DNA of 32,000 bases from Candidatus Saccharimonadota bacterium (lineage in GTDB: Bacteria; Bacteroidota; Bacteroidia; Flavobacteriales; Blattabacteriaceae): NCBI RefSeq assembly GCF_000709555.1, contig NZ_CP006873.1:150001-182000 (forward strand), written 5' to 3'. Shown here one piece after another: positions 30,344 through 32,000 of this stretch. Numbering within the stretch: position 1 is the first letter of the stretch; each line of letters opens with the position of its first letter. Under the pieces are notes generated by a model. The model worked only from the letters and a program-made list of their open reading frames with translations. It searched no databases and was not told the DNA's origin. Position numbers and translations under genes: made by a program.

Positions 30344-31558
30344 AATTTAACCCTTGGTTCTTCATGCTTACTTTTTCTTCTAATAACTTATCCAGTTCTT
30401 TTATAGATAGACGTTCTTGTTTCATAGTATCTCTGTATCGTACTGTCAAAGTGTTCGTCCTCAAACTTTCATAGTCTATTGTGAAACAGAATGGGGTTCC
30501 AATAGCATCTTGACGACGATAACGTTTCCCTATAGATTCTTTATCTTCATAAACTAGAGAATATTTCCATTTCAATTCATCAAAAATTTTTTAAGCTAAT
30601 TCTGGTAACCCATCTTTTTTTTTGTTTGTTTTGTTGTTTTTTTTTAGCAAGGGTAATATAGCTGCCTTGATAGGAGAAATTGGTTCTGGTAATTTTAACA
30701 CGAAACGGGAAGTTCCATCTTACAAAATTTCTTTGTGAAGAGAAGAAGAAAATATTACAAGAAACAACCGATCAAGACCTAATGAAGTTTCTATTACATA
30801 CGGAATGTAACTTTTATTTTTTTCTGCATCAAATCAAAATCAGTACGTGAATGAATACCTTCAATTTCTCTAAATCCAAAAGGAAAACGAAATTCTATAT
30901 CAGCATAATGTGCTAATTTAGTATGCTTACTCACACGATAGTTCTCCGATGATAATCCTAGCCATCGGATTTCCTTCCAATATTCATACCATTTTATTTC
31001 CTCGCCTACTCAAGTTCTCGCGCATTCTAAAAATAAATTGTCTAGCTATAATTTCATTACGAAAAACTTTCGTGTACTTTTTTGCACAGTCATAAAATTT
31101 ACAAAAACCCCCTGAGCTGTTTCAGGCCGTAAATAAAGTGTAGTAGATTCTTTTGGTGGTTTGAAACATCAAGTTAAATTTCCGTACATCTGTCCAATTT
31201 TTTTAGATCATATAAATTATTTGCTTCCATCGCATGGACTATACGTTCTGATATTTTCTTTTTTAAAATTTGTTGCAATTTTTCACAATAATCTTCTAGG
31301 AGAACATCTACACGATAACGATATCCACTATCTTTATTTTCAATTAAAAGATCATTAAAAGACTCCACATGTCCTGAAGATTTCCAAGTGATGCCTCCGA
31401 ATGGAGATTTACCACCAATAATCTTTCAGATTGTTCTTAAGAGCTACTCCATATGGCCCGTAATCGTATATGGCACTTAATCCATCATAAATATGACTTG
31501 AAGGAAAAATAAAACCATAAGATTTTGCGTGAGAAACGACAAGTTTTAGGAGACTGAC
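30297..31558 (-). pseudogene. glyS: glycyl-tRNA synthetase (alpha2 GlyQS type), multiply disrupted
   Basis: GlyRS-like segments appear in order but in changing frames. They include [155 protein letters not shown] and IGKRYRRQDAIGTPFCFTIDY. There are in-frame TAAs at 31409-31411, 30720-30722 and 30591-30593. No start codon is present. Confidence 0.9.
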
Positions 31559-31637
31559 TTTTATTTTTCTATGTTACCCTCCCTTAATATCATATTTCCT
31601 GAGATATTCTTCAATAGTATTATTGTTAATAGCTTTC

Positions 31638-31811
31638 TTATTTTTTCGAACGCTGCTTTAATATCTCCTGGAATTTTTTTTTATTATATTTAGTAGATAA
31701 TTCAGCATATCCATTAGGGATCAGATAGTTTCTAGCGAACCCAGGCTTTACAACTATTTCTTCATATTTCAACCCAAGATTATCTATATCTTTTTTTAGG
31801 ATAATTCGCAT
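31638..31811 (-). CDS. rplI: 50S ribosomal protein L9, truncated to the N-terminal domain (possible pseudogene)
   Basis: Manual translation from the ATG at 31811 gives MRIILKKDIDNLGLKYEEIVVKPGFARNYLIPNGYAELSTKYNKKKFQEILKQRSKK* (57 aa, below the track cutoff). This matches the L9 N-terminal domain and the start of the linker helix. The C-terminal domain is absent. Starts 12 nt after the rpsR stop. Confidence 0.7.
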   Translation of the reverse strand: MRIILKKDIDNLGLKYEEIVVKPGFARNYLIPNGYAELSTKYNKKKFQEILKQRSKK

Positions 31812-31823
31812 CTTTATTAAGGT

Positions 31824-32000
31824 TTATTTCAAATCGTCAGTTATAAAAGGTAGAATCGCTAAATGTCTTGCTCTTTTTATCGCCTTACTGACTTTCCCCT
31901 GATACTTAACAGAAGTCCCTGTTATCCTACGTGGTAAAATTTTCCCCTGAGGATTGAGAAATTTTAATAAAAAGTTAGGATTTTTGTAATCTACATGTTT
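31824..32000 (-). CDS. rpsR: 30S ribosomal protein S18 (5' end outside window)
   Basis: Manual translation gives [58 protein letters not shown]. The stop is at 31824-31826. Confidence 0.92.
   Translation of the reverse strand, partial: KHVDYKNPNFLLKFLNPQGKILPRRITGTSVKYQGKVSKAIKRARHLAILPFITDDLK

Overview
This is a strongly AT-rich, gene-dense window with no transposases, integrases, CRISPR arrays or phage genes. Its content and order fit a reduced Bacteroidota (Flavobacteriales-type) genome, most likely an obligate nutritional insect endosymbiont of the Blattabacterium/Walczuchella/Uzinura/Sulcia kind. That assignment is an inference from gene content and protein sequence flavour, not a database hit. 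On the minus strand there is a long conserved information-processing block: tRNA-Thr(UGU), tRNA-Tyr, tRNA-Gly, tRNA-Thr(GGU), tuf, tRNA-Trp, secE, nusG, rplK, rplA, rplJ, rplL, rpoB and rpoC. The window also holds lysS, truA, rpsU, prfA and rho, plus nutrient-provisioning genes: ilvD (partial), argH, a compact trpE-G-D-C-F-B-A operon, and menA/menB. The genetic code looks standard, since TGA is used as a stop. I do not see a novel multi-gene system such as a defence island or secretion system. What deserves a second look is active genome erosion and slippage-driven structure. glyS (glycyl-tRNA synthetase, normally essential) is a recently shattered pseudogene. The adjacent rplI is cut down to its N-terminal domain. 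trpC is split by a -1 frameshift inside a T10 run. rho lacks its N-terminal helical domain, starts with a hexanucleotide-repeat-encoded (YR)5 tract, and has a possible out-of-frame relic upstream. A perfect 29-bp repeat with a 30-bp period duplicates the rpoC start and creates a 9-codon mini-ORF abutting the real start. Several micro- and minisatellites sit in or next to genes.
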